A stretch of 64,000 nt of DNA from Bacillota bacterium (GCA_023392595.1 JAEVYU010000065.1:8344-72343); one strand, 5' to 3'. Counted from the first letter of the stretch, positions 47,996 through 58,118 are shown. The notes: a model not told the origin generated them from the sequence alone. Numbers and translations: made by a program.

Positions 47996-49531
47996 TTAAT
48001 TTATTTTTGGACCTGCCGGAAGTAAAATCCGAATTTGAAAGCCAAAATTGGGTAAGGTAGTCCGTGAGCCTTCAATTTTAAATTTAGTATCCGCAATCTC
48101 ATTTTGGCGGGCCAGAATATCCTGAGCCTCCATGACAAGTTTTCCCTTAATTAAATTTCTAATTGCCCCTGGATCCAGCAGACCTCTGATTTGCCCCTGC
48201 CCTTCCAATTCTAGCTTTGCATTTTGATCATCATATTGGGTAAGTTTCATGGATACCAAAGCCGCTTTATGATCTTGGGCCTCAAAACGAACCGGAATTT
48301 CCTTTTTAAACTGCCCGCTTAAAAATTTATGTATTCCTACTGCAGTAGGAGCCAAGACCTTCACTTGGTACTCAATAACGGTTTCTACAGAATCACTTTC
48401 GGCGCCAATATCCGGTTTACTCGTTATATGAATGATTTCGGTTTTTATAAGATCTTGTATATAAACATAGTCTTTATTAACCATACTCCGCGCTTGATCG
48501 GCAAATGAAAGCTGCATTTGTTTACCGGCCTCATCTTCGCCTTTTTTTACATCATTCAGATCCACAATCGCCACTTGTTTATCCATGCCATTCCGTGTGG
48601 GGAGCGGGTTCGTTATTTTTAATAGACTATTATATCTTCCTTCAATGCTGGTAATCGATTTAGCCGGCTGATTACCGGCTGTGCCTCTTTGATCGGCGGT
48701 TATAGAAACTTCCGCTTTTCCATAATTCTCTCCAATTACAATTCCCAGTTCTTTTTTGGTGACTTTTTTAGGGATTAATACGTCGCTATCGGTACGGAAA
48801 CGGATTCCGTACTTCCCGTAGAGAATACTTCCTTTAGGAAGTAAAACCGGCTGATTCGAACCATTGATAATCATTACTTTACCAACAGCTGCCGTAACAC
48901 CGACAAACTTTCGTCCGGTGGTCACAGTTTGCGTGGCAACCGTAAAATTCTGTATCAACTCTTCTGCCGGTATATTCCCATGAACAATATCGGCATCCGT
49001 GAAGGCACTTCCTATTTGAACCGCTGATTTAAAAGTCAATGTTTTAATTTTAGGGTATACGGTGACGACTGCCTTGGGTTGTAAAAACCACCATATGGCC
49101 ATGACTAAAGTAAATAGCAACAGGACCATTGCAGGGATCATCCGACTATATTGAGAAGTTTTAAACGATATAGGCTTTCCGTTTGGGGATACGGACCTGG
49201 TGGCGCTTTTAATTTCCTCCCCGGAATCTGCTTCATAGGGTGAAGGAACGGCACTCATTTGGTTATCCCGGCTCCAAACTGTTGAAATTCCCAAACGTTG
49301 CGCTAATGAAATTAACGTTGGTTCAACCCCGTTGATAATGATTTCTTTTTCCTCTTCCTCGGCGTAAAATTTTAGTAACCGCAGGTTGATTTCATTGGTC
49401 AACAAGGAACAATTCTCAGGCACTTCAATCATTATTTCCGGTTCGGAACTGTTAATAATTTCCCTTGCCAGTTGCTCAATTTTATAATCGGGATTCAATG
49501 GGATGGTTTTATGAATCCCCATTTGATTCAT
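47996..49531 (-). CDS. Uncharacterized single-pass membrane protein (511 aa) with a beta-rich ectodomain; weak baseplate-J/gp47-like segment
   Basis: TM MIPAMVLLLFTLVMAIWWFL near residue 140, plus the segment AEVSITADQRGTAGNQPAKSITSIEG. The start overlaps the upstream gene by 23 nt. Confidence 0.7.
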   Translation of the reverse strand: MNQMGIHKTIPLNPDYKIEQLAREIINSSEPEIMIEVPENCSLLTNEINLRLLKFYAEEEEKEIIINGVEPTLISLAQRLGISTVWSRDNQMSAVPSPYEADSGEEIKSATRSVSPNGKPISFKTSQYSRMIPAMVLLLFTLVMAIWWFLQPKAVVTVYPKIKTLTFKSAVQIGSAFTDADIVHGNIPAEELIQNFTVATQTVTTGRKFVGVTAAVGKVMIINGSNQPVLLPKGSILYGKYGIRFRTDSDVLIPKKVTKKELGIVIGENYGKAEVSITADQRGTAGNQPAKSITSIEGRYNSLLKITNPLPTRNGMDKQVAIVDLNDVKKGEDEAGKQMQLSFADQARSMVNKDYVYIQDLIKTEIIHITSKPDIGAESDSVETVIEYQVKVLAPTAVGIHKFLSGQFKKEIPVRFEAQDHKAALVSMKLTQYDDQNAKLELEGQGQIRGLLDPGAIRNLIKGKLVMEAQDILARQNEIADTKFKIEGSRTTLPNFGFQIRILLPAGPKIN

Positions 49532-51773
49532 CTCCTTTATTTACGCGGACAGGCGCATTCCAATCTTCCAAAACCAGCAGCAAAAGCATGGGTAGTCCGA
49601 ACATATACATGGTCGTGACCGTGACGATTCCGGAATCGTTAATTAATAATGCCACGATTGCAGTAAGCGTTAATCCAAAAAAACCTCTGGTTTCATCCGG
49701 ATATTTTTGAAGGAAACGCGATACGAAAAAAGGCGGTTTTTTATATAAAATGGGGATTGCCAGTAAAATCAAAAGTAAAACTTTAGTCCAAAACGTATAG
49801 GCGATTAAACGAAAATTTAAATCTAGTTTTCGCTTAACCAAATCGGCAATGGTGTTGAAGCCTTGACTCCGGACAACATCTAAAAATTGTCCAAAATGAG
49901 TCATATTGATATTATTGAGATAATAATCCCACAATCCTGCCAGTACCAATAGAGAAATTGCGGCGGCAATCAAGCTGACAATGTCTTTCCAATGAATCGG
50001 CCTATCCAACCAAAGGTTTGTGGTAATCCCTAAACCAATAAGGGCGGTAGCGCCGCCCCCGACACTTGAGCCAAAATTGGGATGGGCAAGAAATATAGCT
50101 ATAAAGCAAGTAATCGTCCATAATATTTGTTTCCGACAAACGGTAATCTTCTTTAACTGTGTTGATACCGTTACAATAATGGCTCCTAATAAAAAGCCCA
50201 TATATTCATTGCCGACTCCATAAAAACGGGCGCCTGCAACGGCTGAATAGCCAAAAAACGAACGTAATTCCAAAAAACCATTAAAAAAACCTTCCAGGAG
50301 GATTACTACAATCGTTAATAAGGCAATACCGGATAGGGTTAATAAGGGTTTACCCTTGGACCCACAGCGAACCATAAACAAAATCAACAGGGCCAATCCC
50401 AATGTCCATCCCAAGATGGCAAACCAATTAAGAGGATTGATGGCGGCTTCTATCAAAAAAACAACCGGGATCGTGATTAAATATAAGTAAGCATTTGCTA
50501 TATAATTAAATAAACTATGGTGCCTGGACCAAAAAAATGCGCCCACGACTCCGCCAAGGATTAATCCAATCAATATATAGGCGTAAGTTGTTAAGAGAGG
50601 CCATCGCACATTATAATTTTGAATTAATTGTTGTTGTTCGTCCCGGACTGTCTGCCAATTGCCCGACACCCGTTGCAATATATGCCCGCTAAAATAACGC
50701 GACTTTGGAATATTCAAATAGTGGAGGATGGTAATGGGTAGATCATAACAGGTAATAATTCCTGTTTTTCGAGTGCTGGGAGAATAAAGAAGCCCACTTT
50801 CAAAACCCGGTCCTAAAATAACTACCGGGCTTAGTCGTTGTCCAGCTCCGGCATTCCGTAACGGCGCCTGTGCTGTAAAAAGCAATGTCAAAGTTTGGCG
50901 ATGGTCAATTTCCTCAAAAAATCGTCCCACTAAAGAATCGTAACGGTGTAGTATCTCTCTTCGGTAATTTCCCCATTGAGACTCAGTCAGATAAAGACTA
51001 AAACGTTCCAACCGTTCTAAGTCACCGAGTGTCACGGCTATTACATTCGCTTGCTTACGAAATTCATGCCAAGTATTAAAAACCTGCTCATTATCAGTAC
51101 GATGACCGAATGGGAAAGAAGGATCATCCTGGATGGAGTTTTCCCCGATATTTCCCAAATCGATCTGTCCTTTTTGATCCATTAATAAAAGCGCGCTGCT
51201 ACGACTAATCAAATCGGCATCGGCATTTCCAATGGCGGCCGTTTTGAATAGACTCCGATGCAGTAACTCTCCAAATAACCCAATATTGGGAGTAATATCT
51301 TTGCTATTGAGTTGAATCAATTTAGCCAATCCTATATGGACGATACCCGACGGAGGCGCCTTATACCCCATAAGGGATTGATATAAATCTCCCGCCGGTA
51401 TCTGCCTGAATTTTTCAGAAGCCCCAAACAGCAAGTAATTTTCTTCAGCAGTCTTTACTTGGGTGCCGCTGTTAAAAGTAAAATAAATTTGATCCAAACT
51501 CACCGGTTCCGAAAGCGGAGTCGTCATAATCGCCGTAGAACCATTTTTTACCAAACGATAAAGGTTGGGATATTGGGGTGTAATATCCTCAAGAGTTAAA
51601 CGAGTGATATCTAAAATCAACACTTCCTTGGAATTGGCTGCGCATAATGCAGGCTTGTTTATGGTAAATAATATCACCGAAAGCAAGAAAAACACAAATA
51701 TCCGGCGCAACACGTTTAGCCACCCCTTGTCCAAGATTAAAGCCTGTCCACTTTTTAAATCTTTTGATGTCAA
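49509..51773 (-). CDS. Uncharacterized large membrane protein (up to 754 aa): exported alkaline-phosphatase-fold-like domain plus ~10 TM helices
   Basis: N-terminal signal or anchor, then motif order VLILDITRL / TTPLSEPVSLDQIYFTFNSG / VVILGPGF / CYDLPITILHYLNIP, then a polytopic C-terminal half. The start is uncertain: TTG 51773 has no RBS, while GTG 51713 follows AAGGGG. Confidence 0.7.
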   Translation of the reverse strand: MTSKDLKSGQALILDKGWLNVLRRIFVFFLLSVILFTINKPALCAANSKEVLILDITRLTLEDITPQYPNLYRLVKNGSTAIMTTPLSEPVSLDQIYFTFNSGTQVKTAEENYLLFGASEKFRQIPAGDLYQSLMGYKAPPSGIVHIGLAKLIQLNSKDITPNIGLFGELLHRSLFKTAAIGNADADLISRSSALLLMDQKGQIDLGNIGENSIQDDPSFPFGHRTDNEQVFNTWHEFRKQANVIAVTLGDLERLERFSLYLTESQWGNYRREILHRYDSLVGRFFEEIDHRQTLTLLFTAQAPLRNAGAGQRLSPVVILGPGFESGLLYSPSTRKTGIITCYDLPITILHYLNIPKSRYFSGHILQRVSGNWQTVRDEQQQLIQNYNVRWPLLTTYAYILIGLILGGVVGAFFWSRHHSLFNYIANAYLYLITIPVVFLIEAAINPLNWFAILGWTLGLALLILFMVRCGSKGKPLLTLSGIALLTIVVILLEGFFNGFLELRSFFGYSAVAGARFYGVGNEYMGFLLGAIIVTVSTQLKKITVCRKQILWTITCFIAIFLAHPNFGSSVGGGATALIGLGITTNLWLDRPIHWKDIVSLIAAAISLLVLAGLWDYYLNNINMTHFGQFLDVVRSQGFNTIADLVKRKLDLNFRLIAYTFWTKVLLLILLAIPILYKKPPFFVSRFLQKYPDETRGFFGLTLTAIVALLINDSGIVTVTTMYMFGLPMLLLLVLEDWNAPVRVNKGDESNGDS

Positions 51774-51828
51774 AAAAAAAACGGATAAGTTCCGCTTTAT
51801 CTCATAATACCCAATCCTCCCCTAATTG

Positions 51829-52995
51829 TCAATCAGGGTCTGAAAACTTCAAATCAAGTTTTTCAGAAATCGGTTCCCCGGCAACTGAATTTTGATCATG
51901 AAAACAAATTTCATAAAAACTCCTCATGATAATCCCCACAATGGCTCCCAAAGGCACTGCAAAAATCATCCCGATCAGCCCAAAAACCGCTCCTCCAAAC
52001 ATAATCAAAAAAATGACAGTGGCCGGGTTTATTCGTAAATTACAACTAATAATCCGGGGAGCTAAAAAAAGGGCTTCAATTTGATTAATGACCAGAAATA
52101 GAATGATCACATACAATACAAGCCATGGGGATTTGAGCAAGGCAAAAACAATTAAGGGAATTGCACCGATGATCGGCCCGAAATAAGGGATAACATTAAA
52201 AATACCAACAATAAAGCCCAAAAGAATGGCGGATTCAAATCCTAAAAGGCTCAATCCAATTGCAAATAATGCTCCAATGATCAATGTATCCAGCAATTGG
52301 CTGCGAATATAATATTTAAAAACCGCATCAATCTTCAAAAATGTGTGGGCCCAATGACTACCCATATATTTTTGAATCCATTGCAAAATATTATTTTTAA
52401 TTCGCGGATAATCTCTACTGAAATAATAGGCAATTAGAGGGATCAGTAAATAAAGAAGAGATTGAGAGAAAAACTGGATTACGGTTCCTCCCAATTGAAT
52501 AAAAAAATCGTTAAGAGCAGTGGTTATTCTTTGGGTTAAGTCGCCAGTCATTATCTGCGGATTAAAAGGAAGCTGCCATTTGTTTATCATACCATTTAAT
52601 TTATTTTGAATATCTTGGAGATCCATCAATACTTGGGGCAACTTTTGAATTAATGTCGTCAAATCCCGGATAAGGCGAGGAATCAATGTTTCTAAAACTA
52701 ATATGCCCATCACCAAAAGGGCTCCATAAATTGTAATAATCGCCAAGTCACGGCGGGCTCCCCTTTTTTGTAAAAACTCAACCATCGGGTTCAAAGCGTA
52801 TGCCAGAAAAAAAGCCAAAATAAACGGCAACAAGATAGCCCGTGATAGGTAAATGACTATCAGAATAAAAGAAATGATTACAATTAAAAAGAATATTTTT
52901 TTTAGGGTCAATCGGGTCTCCATGTTCTTTGGCATTCCACGCAAGAGGCAAAATAAAAAAAGGACTGCCCGCTGGTGGTCTACAGAATCATCCAA
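51829..52995 (-). CDS. AI-2E family transporter (UPF0118/PerM-like)
   Basis: Polytopic, with the typical …IPYFGPIIGAIP… segment. The start is uncertain (internal Met at 52923). Confidence 0.8.
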   Translation of the reverse strand: MDDSVDHQRAVLFLFCLLRGMPKNMETRLTLKKIFFLIVIISFILIVIYLSRAILLPFILAFFLAYALNPMVEFLQKRGARRDLAIITIYGALLVMGILVLETLIPRLIRDLTTLIQKLPQVLMDLQDIQNKLNGMINKWQLPFNPQIMTGDLTQRITTALNDFFIQLGGTVIQFFSQSLLYLLIPLIAYYFSRDYPRIKNNILQWIQKYMGSHWAHTFLKIDAVFKYYIRSQLLDTLIIGALFAIGLSLLGFESAILLGFIVGIFNVIPYFGPIIGAIPLIVFALLKSPWLVLYVIILFLVINQIEALFLAPRIISCNLRINPATVIFLIMFGGAVFGLIGMIFAVPLGAIVGIIMRSFYEICFHDQNSVAGEPISEKLDLKFSDPD

Positions 52996-53067
52996 TATTA
53001 AGAACAGCTTCGGCGCTAATATTGCATAATACCGTATATCAAAACCAAGAGACAGCCTATTGACTCA

Positions 53068-53307
53068 TTATGAAGTCCGGTGTGCCAGTTTTCGTGAAAA
53101 TGCTTGAGTTCCATTCTTTACAGCAGAAGTCCATCTTCTGGCATTATCCTGCATCATTTTTGCAGTTTCACGGGTCCGGCCACTTAATTGGTCCACCTGC
53201 GCATTCATATTTTTCATAACGCCGGTTTTTTTGCGCATCAACATAACGATTCCAACTGTTGCCCCAATTACGCTTCCGGTTATAATCCCCCTGACAAGCT
53301 TATTCAT
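53068..53307 (-). CDS. Small YtxH-like membrane-anchored protein
   Basis: N-terminal TM GIITGSVIGATVGIVML followed by a polar helical tail. Confidence 0.45.
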   Translation of the reverse strand: MNKLVRGIITGSVIGATVGIVMLMRKKTGVMKNMNAQVDQLSGRTRETAKMMQDNARRWTSAVKNGTQAFSRKLAHRTS

Positions 53308-53381
53308 TTAATGCTTCACCTCTTTCCAATAGGACGATTGATGGATATTATCTCCCATTCCAAGAGGGGCTAATCATAATT

Positions 53382-54467
53382 TTAGGGAATTGCCCTTTCG
53401 ATCGTCCCGCCGCCCAACATTAAGTCACCTCTGTAAAAAACCACAGCTTGTCCCGGAGTGACCGCTCGTTGAGAGGTTTTAAACTCCACATTCACCTGAT
53501 TTCCATCAATCGGGCGGATGATGCAGGAAACCGGTTTGGCGCTATAGCGGATTTTCACTTCAACTTCCTGTGAAGAATCCAAATCCTGAAAAGCAATCCA
53601 ATTCATTTTGGAGGCTATCAATCCCTTGCTGAACACCTCTTCTTGGGTGCCGACAACCACTTCGTTGGTTTCGGGATCGATTTTAGTCACAAAAAGAGGG
53701 GTACCCTTTGCAATTCCTAATCCTTTTCGCTGGCCAATCGTAAAATTAAAAATTCCTTGGTGATGTCCAAGAATCTGTCCTTTGGAATCAACAATCGTCC
53801 CCGGTTTAGCATGACCCGGTGAATATTCGTCAATAAAACGGCTATAATCTTGATCCGGCACAAAACAAATTTCCTGGCTGTCGGGCTTATCGGCTACCCT
53901 CAAACCCAACATGGCCGCCTTTTGGCGGATCACGGTTTTTTCGAAACTCCCGAGCGGAAATAAACTACGGGACAATTGTTCCTGATTAAGGCCGTATAAA
54001 ACATAACTCTGATCTTTCGTACTGTCGAACCCTTTTCGCAACAACCAACGGCCGGTCAGCGGATCCTGATCTTTTTGCACATAATGACCGGTTGCTATAT
54101 AATCTCCACCCAAGGATAGGCTTTTTTCAAGAAGATTATCAAATTTAAGACTATGGTTACAGACAATACAAGGGTTGGGAGTCCTGCCCTGCAGGTATTC
54201 GTTAACAAAATAATCGATGACTTTTTCCCGAAAGGGTACTTGAAAATTCAGTACATAATAAGGAATACCCAGCTTACCGGCAACGGCTCTGGCATCCTCC
54301 ACTGCTCCTAAAGAGCAGCAACCTCCCTCCACCTCAGTGCCATACGGTAAATCACTGGGCCATATTTGCATGGTGACACCTATGACTTCATATCCCTGTT
54401 CAAGCAAAAGAGCAGCCGCGACAGAACTATCAACGCCACCGCTCATAGCCATGATGACCCGAGCCAT
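53382..54467 (-). CDS. mnmA: tRNA 2-thiouridine(34) synthase MnmA
   Basis: PP-loop [12 protein letters not shown] and catalytic Cys in NPCIVCN; GGAGGAAAT RBS. Confidence 0.92.
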   Translation of the reverse strand: MARVIMAMSGGVDSSVAAALLLEQGYEVIGVTMQIWPSDLPYGTEVEGGCCSLGAVEDARAVAGKLGIPYYVLNFQVPFREKVIDYFVNEYLQGRTPNPCIVCNHSLKFDNLLEKSLSLGGDYIATGHYVQKDQDPLTGRWLLRKGFDSTKDQSYVLYGLNQEQLSRSLFPLGSFEKTVIRQKAAMLGLRVADKPDSQEICFVPDQDYSRFIDEYSPGHAKPGTIVDSKGQILGHHQGIFNFTIGQRKGLGIAKGTPLFVTKIDPETNEVVVGTQEEVFSKGLIASKMNWIAFQDLDSSQEVEVKIRYSAKPVSCIIRPIDGNQVNVEFKTSQRAVTPGQAVVFYRGDLMLGGGTIERAIP

Positions 54468-54601
54468 ATTTCCTCCTTGATGCTAATAAAAATTAAATAA
54501 TTAATCATAACATTTTGGAATCCAGAAGCCCAAATAAAAGCACACAGAAAAACCCGGTATGATATCTTTTGCTTCCGGCTCCTGTTTTCTGGATCCCCAT
54601 C

Positions 54602-55765
54602 TTACCTATCATACAACGGAGACATAGAACGCAATTTATTGACGATTTCCGGCAGAACTTCCAGTAAATAATCAATTTCTTCCTTGGTATTGGATTTACC
54701 TAAGGTTATTCTAAGAGAACCATGGGCAATCTCGTGGCAAAGGCCCATAGCCAAAAGCACATGAGAAGGTTCAAGCGACCCGGAAGTGCACGCCGAACCA
54801 CTGGAAGCTGCTATTCCTCTTAAGTCCAGATTCAACAGCAAAGATTCACCCTCAATATACTCAAAACTAAAGTTGACGTTGCCCGGCAAACGCTCCGTCC
54901 GGTGGCCGTTCAAGCGCAGATGATCAATCTTATTTAAGGCATTATCAATCAGGTAATCTCTTAAATAAGTAGTTTTTCTTTGATTCTCCGTCAACCGGCT
55001 GTTAGCTAGCTGGATAGCTTTGGCAAGGCCGACAATACCGGCAATATTCTCTGTGCCTGCCCGGCGGTTCCGTTCCTGTCCCCCGCCATGGATCAAGGAG
55101 TGGATCCGGGTGCCTTTGCGAATATATAAAGCACCAACTCCTTTAGGGCCGTATAACTTATGGGCGGACAAAGAAAGCAAATCAACGGATAAATCATTGA
55201 CATTGACCGGAATCGAACCCGTAGATTGAACCGCGTCGGTATGAAATAAAATTTTTCTTTCCTTCAAAAGCCTACCAATAACCGCAATTGGTTGAATAGT
55301 CCCTATTTCATTGTTGGCATGCATAATGGACACCAAAATCGTCCGGTCGGTAAGCGCCTTCAATACATCCTGCGGTTCGACCAAACCGTCCGCGTCCACG
55401 GGAAGATAAGTAATTTCAAACCCTTTTCTTTCAAGATATTTGCAAGTATCAAAAATAGCATGATGTTCAATGGATGAAGTAATTATATGATTTCCTTTGT
55501 CCTTATAAGCTGATGCAATTCCCTTAAGCGCCAGGTTATCACTTTCGGAGCCGCATCCTGTAAAAACAATTTCCCTGGGTTCGTCGGCTCCGAGTTCTTG
55601 GGTCACGATTACCCGGGCATCCTCAATGGTTTTTCTGGTTTCCCTGCCATAGGAATGAATACTGGAAGGATTGCCAAAGGAATCCGTAAAGTATGGCAAC
55701 ATGGCTTGTAAAACTTCCGGATCAACCGGAGTGGTCGCCGCATGATCAAGATATATTTTTTTCAA
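54602..55765 (-). CDS. Cysteine desulfurase (class I NifS/IscS type)
   Basis: PLP lysine in SLSAHKLYGPKG and catalytic Cys in SSGSACTSGS; upstream of mnmA. Confidence 0.9.
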   Translation of the reverse strand: MKKIYLDHAATTPVDPEVLQAMLPYFTDSFGNPSSIHSYGRETRKTIEDARVIVTQELGADEPREIVFTGCGSESDNLALKGIASAYKDKGNHIITSSIEHHAIFDTCKYLERKGFEITYLPVDADGLVEPQDVLKALTDRTILVSIMHANNEIGTIQPIAVIGRLLKERKILFHTDAVQSTGSIPVNVNDLSVDLLSLSAHKLYGPKGVGALYIRKGTRIHSLIHGGGQERNRRAGTENIAGIVGLAKAIQLANSRLTENQRKTTYLRDYLIDNALNKIDHLRLNGHRTERLPGNVNFSFEYIEGESLLLNLDLRGIAASSGSACTSGSLEPSHVLLAMGLCHEIAHGSLRITLGKSNTKEEIDYLLEVLPEIVNKLRSMSPLYDR

Positions 55766-55876
55766 AACTCCTCAACTCCCAAAATTAGCATCCATTATTT
55801 CTTATTGATTGAGGTCTCTTGAAAGCACATCATAGTTTTACCTGTCGATACCTTTTGTATGTTGATGACTATCCAT

Positions 55877-56452
55877 TTATTCTATTTGCGCCAGTTGATC
55901 AAGAAAGTCCGTAATTTTTTTTACGGAACCAAAAGAATGATACTGGATAATGAGTTCACCTTTATTCAACATAAGCTGCTCCACACCGGAGAACCGAAGA
56001 ATCTTTTTGAAGTTGACTAAATTCCAGCATTCCTTGGCGATACTTACATTGTTGGTTAAAATAAACCATTGGTTGTCCAGGATGGTATCCTCCGTTAAAA
56101 AACGCTTAAAATCTCCCCATTCTCTTTTTTTCATCCGCAGGGGGTAAAACTCTAACACGGCATCCCCACAACAATCCTGATTATGAAGGTTCATCCTTAT
56201 TTCTAATCCGGAACTCACTTTTAAAGAATCAACCGAGCCTTCCAAAAAACGGATTTTTAAATCCATTCCCCGATAAACCGTTTCAATCTGGGAATAAATA
56301 TTTCCGAAAAAGATACTGTTTTTTTCAGGAACCGTATTTAAATGAGAAGCCAGTTTCGTTAATATATGACGATGAAACAATTTCACCGGCCAATTGGTAA
56401 CAAAAATTGAGATGATAAAAAAAGCGATCAATAATAAACCTAAAATATACAT
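55877..56452 (-). CDS. Hypothetical membrane-anchored protein (191 aa)
   Basis: N-terminal TM MYILGLLLIAFFIISIFV; no recognisable motif. Confidence 0.5.
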   Translation of the reverse strand: MYILGLLLIAFFIISIFVTNWPVKLFHRHILTKLASHLNTVPEKNSIFFGNIYSQIETVYRGMDLKIRFLEGSVDSLKVSSGLEIRMNLHNQDCCGDAVLEFYPLRMKKREWGDFKRFLTEDTILDNQWFILTNNVSIAKECWNLVNFKKILRFSGVEQLMLNKGELIIQYHSFGSVKKITDFLDQLAQIE

Positions 56453-56548
56453 TGCTTAATTCCTCCGTTATCTATGACCAGCCTGAATCTTATTTCGATG
56501 GATATGGTAGTATTCAGATCCGATTATTCAACAAAGAAAGCCGAATGG

Positions 56549-56797
56549 TTACTTGTTAAACCGGATAACCAAGGACATGATCAGGATGAAAAAGAAACCA
56601 ATGGTCACAACGAGTACTCCACTTTGTTCATGGTCATTTCGTAAAAAATTGAAACCCATGAAAAGGCCAACCATACTTACAACAAACATAAGTTTGGCAT
56701 TGGCCGTCACTGTTACAAATAGCAATATACCGGCAGAAACCACGTTATATTGCATGGCTGTAATTTTCATTCGTTTCCCTCTTACCCTCACCCGCAT
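56549..56797 (-). CDS. Hypothetical small membrane protein (about 3 TM)
   Basis: ORF with three hydrophobic segments; no motif. Confidence 0.35.
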   Translation of the reverse strand: MRVRVRGKRMKITAMQYNVVSAGILLFVTVTANAKLMFVVSMVGLFMGFNFLRNDHEQSGVLVVTIGFFFILIMSLVIRFNK

Positions 56798-56867
56798 AGA
56801 ACATGACTGACTTTTATATATTTTTCACCAAAAATTCCGAATTACCCCGCCCCCGCCCGCACTGGCC

Positions 56868-57347
56868 TCACTTTTTATTAAAGACAATCCCATCATTGAA
56901 ACGGGCGTTATATGCATCAAAATTGGGAATAATCCGCTGATAATTCTGTCCTACCAGGGAGGAATTGATTATATAATCAGCCGAGGCCCGATTGCAAGCA
57001 ACCGGGACATTCCAGACGGCAGCAATCCGAAGCAATGCTTTGACATCAGGGTCATGTGGTTGCGGTTCCAGCGGGTCCCAGAAAAAAATCAGCATATCGA
57101 TTTTTCCTTCGGCAATGAATGCACCAACTTCCAAATCTCCCCCCAAAGGACCACTTTTAAATTTATGGACATCAATTCCCAGTGCGGTTTCTAATAATTT
57201 CCCCGTAGTGCCGGTTGCATAAAGATGGTGTTTTTTTAAAATATCCTTATATTCTCCGGCCCATTCCAGTAAACTCTTCTTCTCGTGGTCATGAGCAACC
57301 ATGGCAATATGTTTTGACTTAAAAGTTTGCGGATCATGATCTGGCAT
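56868..57347 (-). CDS. mgsA: Methylglyoxal synthase
   Basis: [11 protein letters not shown]...LYATGTTG...SGPLGGD...FFWDPL...[10 protein letters not shown]; GGAGGAAAC RBS. Confidence 0.9.
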   Translation of the reverse strand: MPDHDPQTFKSKHIAMVAHDHEKKSLLEWAGEYKDILKKHHLYATGTTGKLLETALGIDVHKFKSGPLGGDLEVGAFIAEGKIDMLIFFWDPLEPQPHDPDVKALLRIAAVWNVPVACNRASADYIINSSLVGQNYQRIIPNFDAYNARFNDGIVFNKK

Positions 57348-57433
57348 ATTCTGTTTCCTCCGTAATTACCATTTCTTTCATTATACCTTACTTCATGGCA
57401 AAATGCTTGGAATTTATGCAAATTTGATCCTGA

Positions 57434-57549
57434 GAAATAAAAAGCCGGGGCTGTCCCAAAAGCAATTTAAATCAATAAGAAATACAATATACCGTATCGT
57501 TTCAATATTGTATTCAGATCGCTAAATTTACTTTTGGGAGAATCCCCGG
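57434..57549 (-). terminator. Unusually long (~105 nt) compound hairpin followed by a T-run; probable trxA terminator
   Basis: Outer arms CCGGGG...CCCAAAAG (57445-57462) pair with CTTTTGGG...CCCCGG (57531-57549). Inner stem AATACAATAT (57481-57490) pairs with ATATTGTATT (57505-57514). The minus strand continues CTTTTTATTT. Confidence 0.55.
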
Positions 57550-57607
57550 ACCGACGGTCTTCATCCATTAAAACTCATATCAGATGAACCAGTAACAGTT
57601 AAACAGT

Positions 57608-57925
57608 TTAGCCTAAATACTTATCAATTTCTCCCGCGATTTCTTTTTTCGGCCTGAAGCCCACCAGTTTGAACGCTGGATTACCATCCTTAAACAGGCA
57701 AATCGTCGGGATGCTCATAACCCCATATTCACTGGCCAATTGCTGATTATCATCTACATTAATCTTACCCACTTCAATTTTCCCGGAATATTGAGAAGCA
57801 ATCTCTTCAATGACGGGTCCCACCATCTTGCAGGGCCCGCACCAAGGGGCCCAAAAATCTACAAGTACTGGAACTTTGGAATCCAGGACTTCTTTTTGAA
57901 AGTTACTTTGATCCAAATCAATCAT
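57608..57925 (-). CDS. trxA: Thioredoxin
   Basis: FWAPWCGPCK. AAGGGAG lies 8 nt before the ATG at 57925 (the ORF opens at 58039). Confidence 0.9.
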   Translation of the reverse strand: MIDLDQSNFQKEVLDSKVPVLVDFWAPWCGPCKMVGPVIEEIASQYSGKIEVGKINVDDNQQLASEYGVMSIPTICLFKDGNPAFKLVGFRPKKEIAGEIDKYLG

Positions 57926-58118
57926 TACGAACACTCCCTTATCGTTGATAGCTTTAGCCGGTAAATAGTTTAACTTTTCCAGTTGCCATTTAGGGTGGAC
58001 ACAAACAACTGCAAATGTCAAATTCATTATCTCCATCAACTATTCAGTTCATTCCTGGATAAAATTTATTTTAAGCAGCGGCAATCTTCGAACGCTATCA
58101 GCAGCTTTCGCCCCTCAC

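Noticed and set aside
47996-49531. Prophage remnant, suggested by the baseplate-J-like stretch
   Set aside because: No tail, capsid, integrase or lysis genes occur anywhere in the window. The protein has a TM anchor and sits in a housekeeping neighbourhood. The resemblance covers one short segment only.
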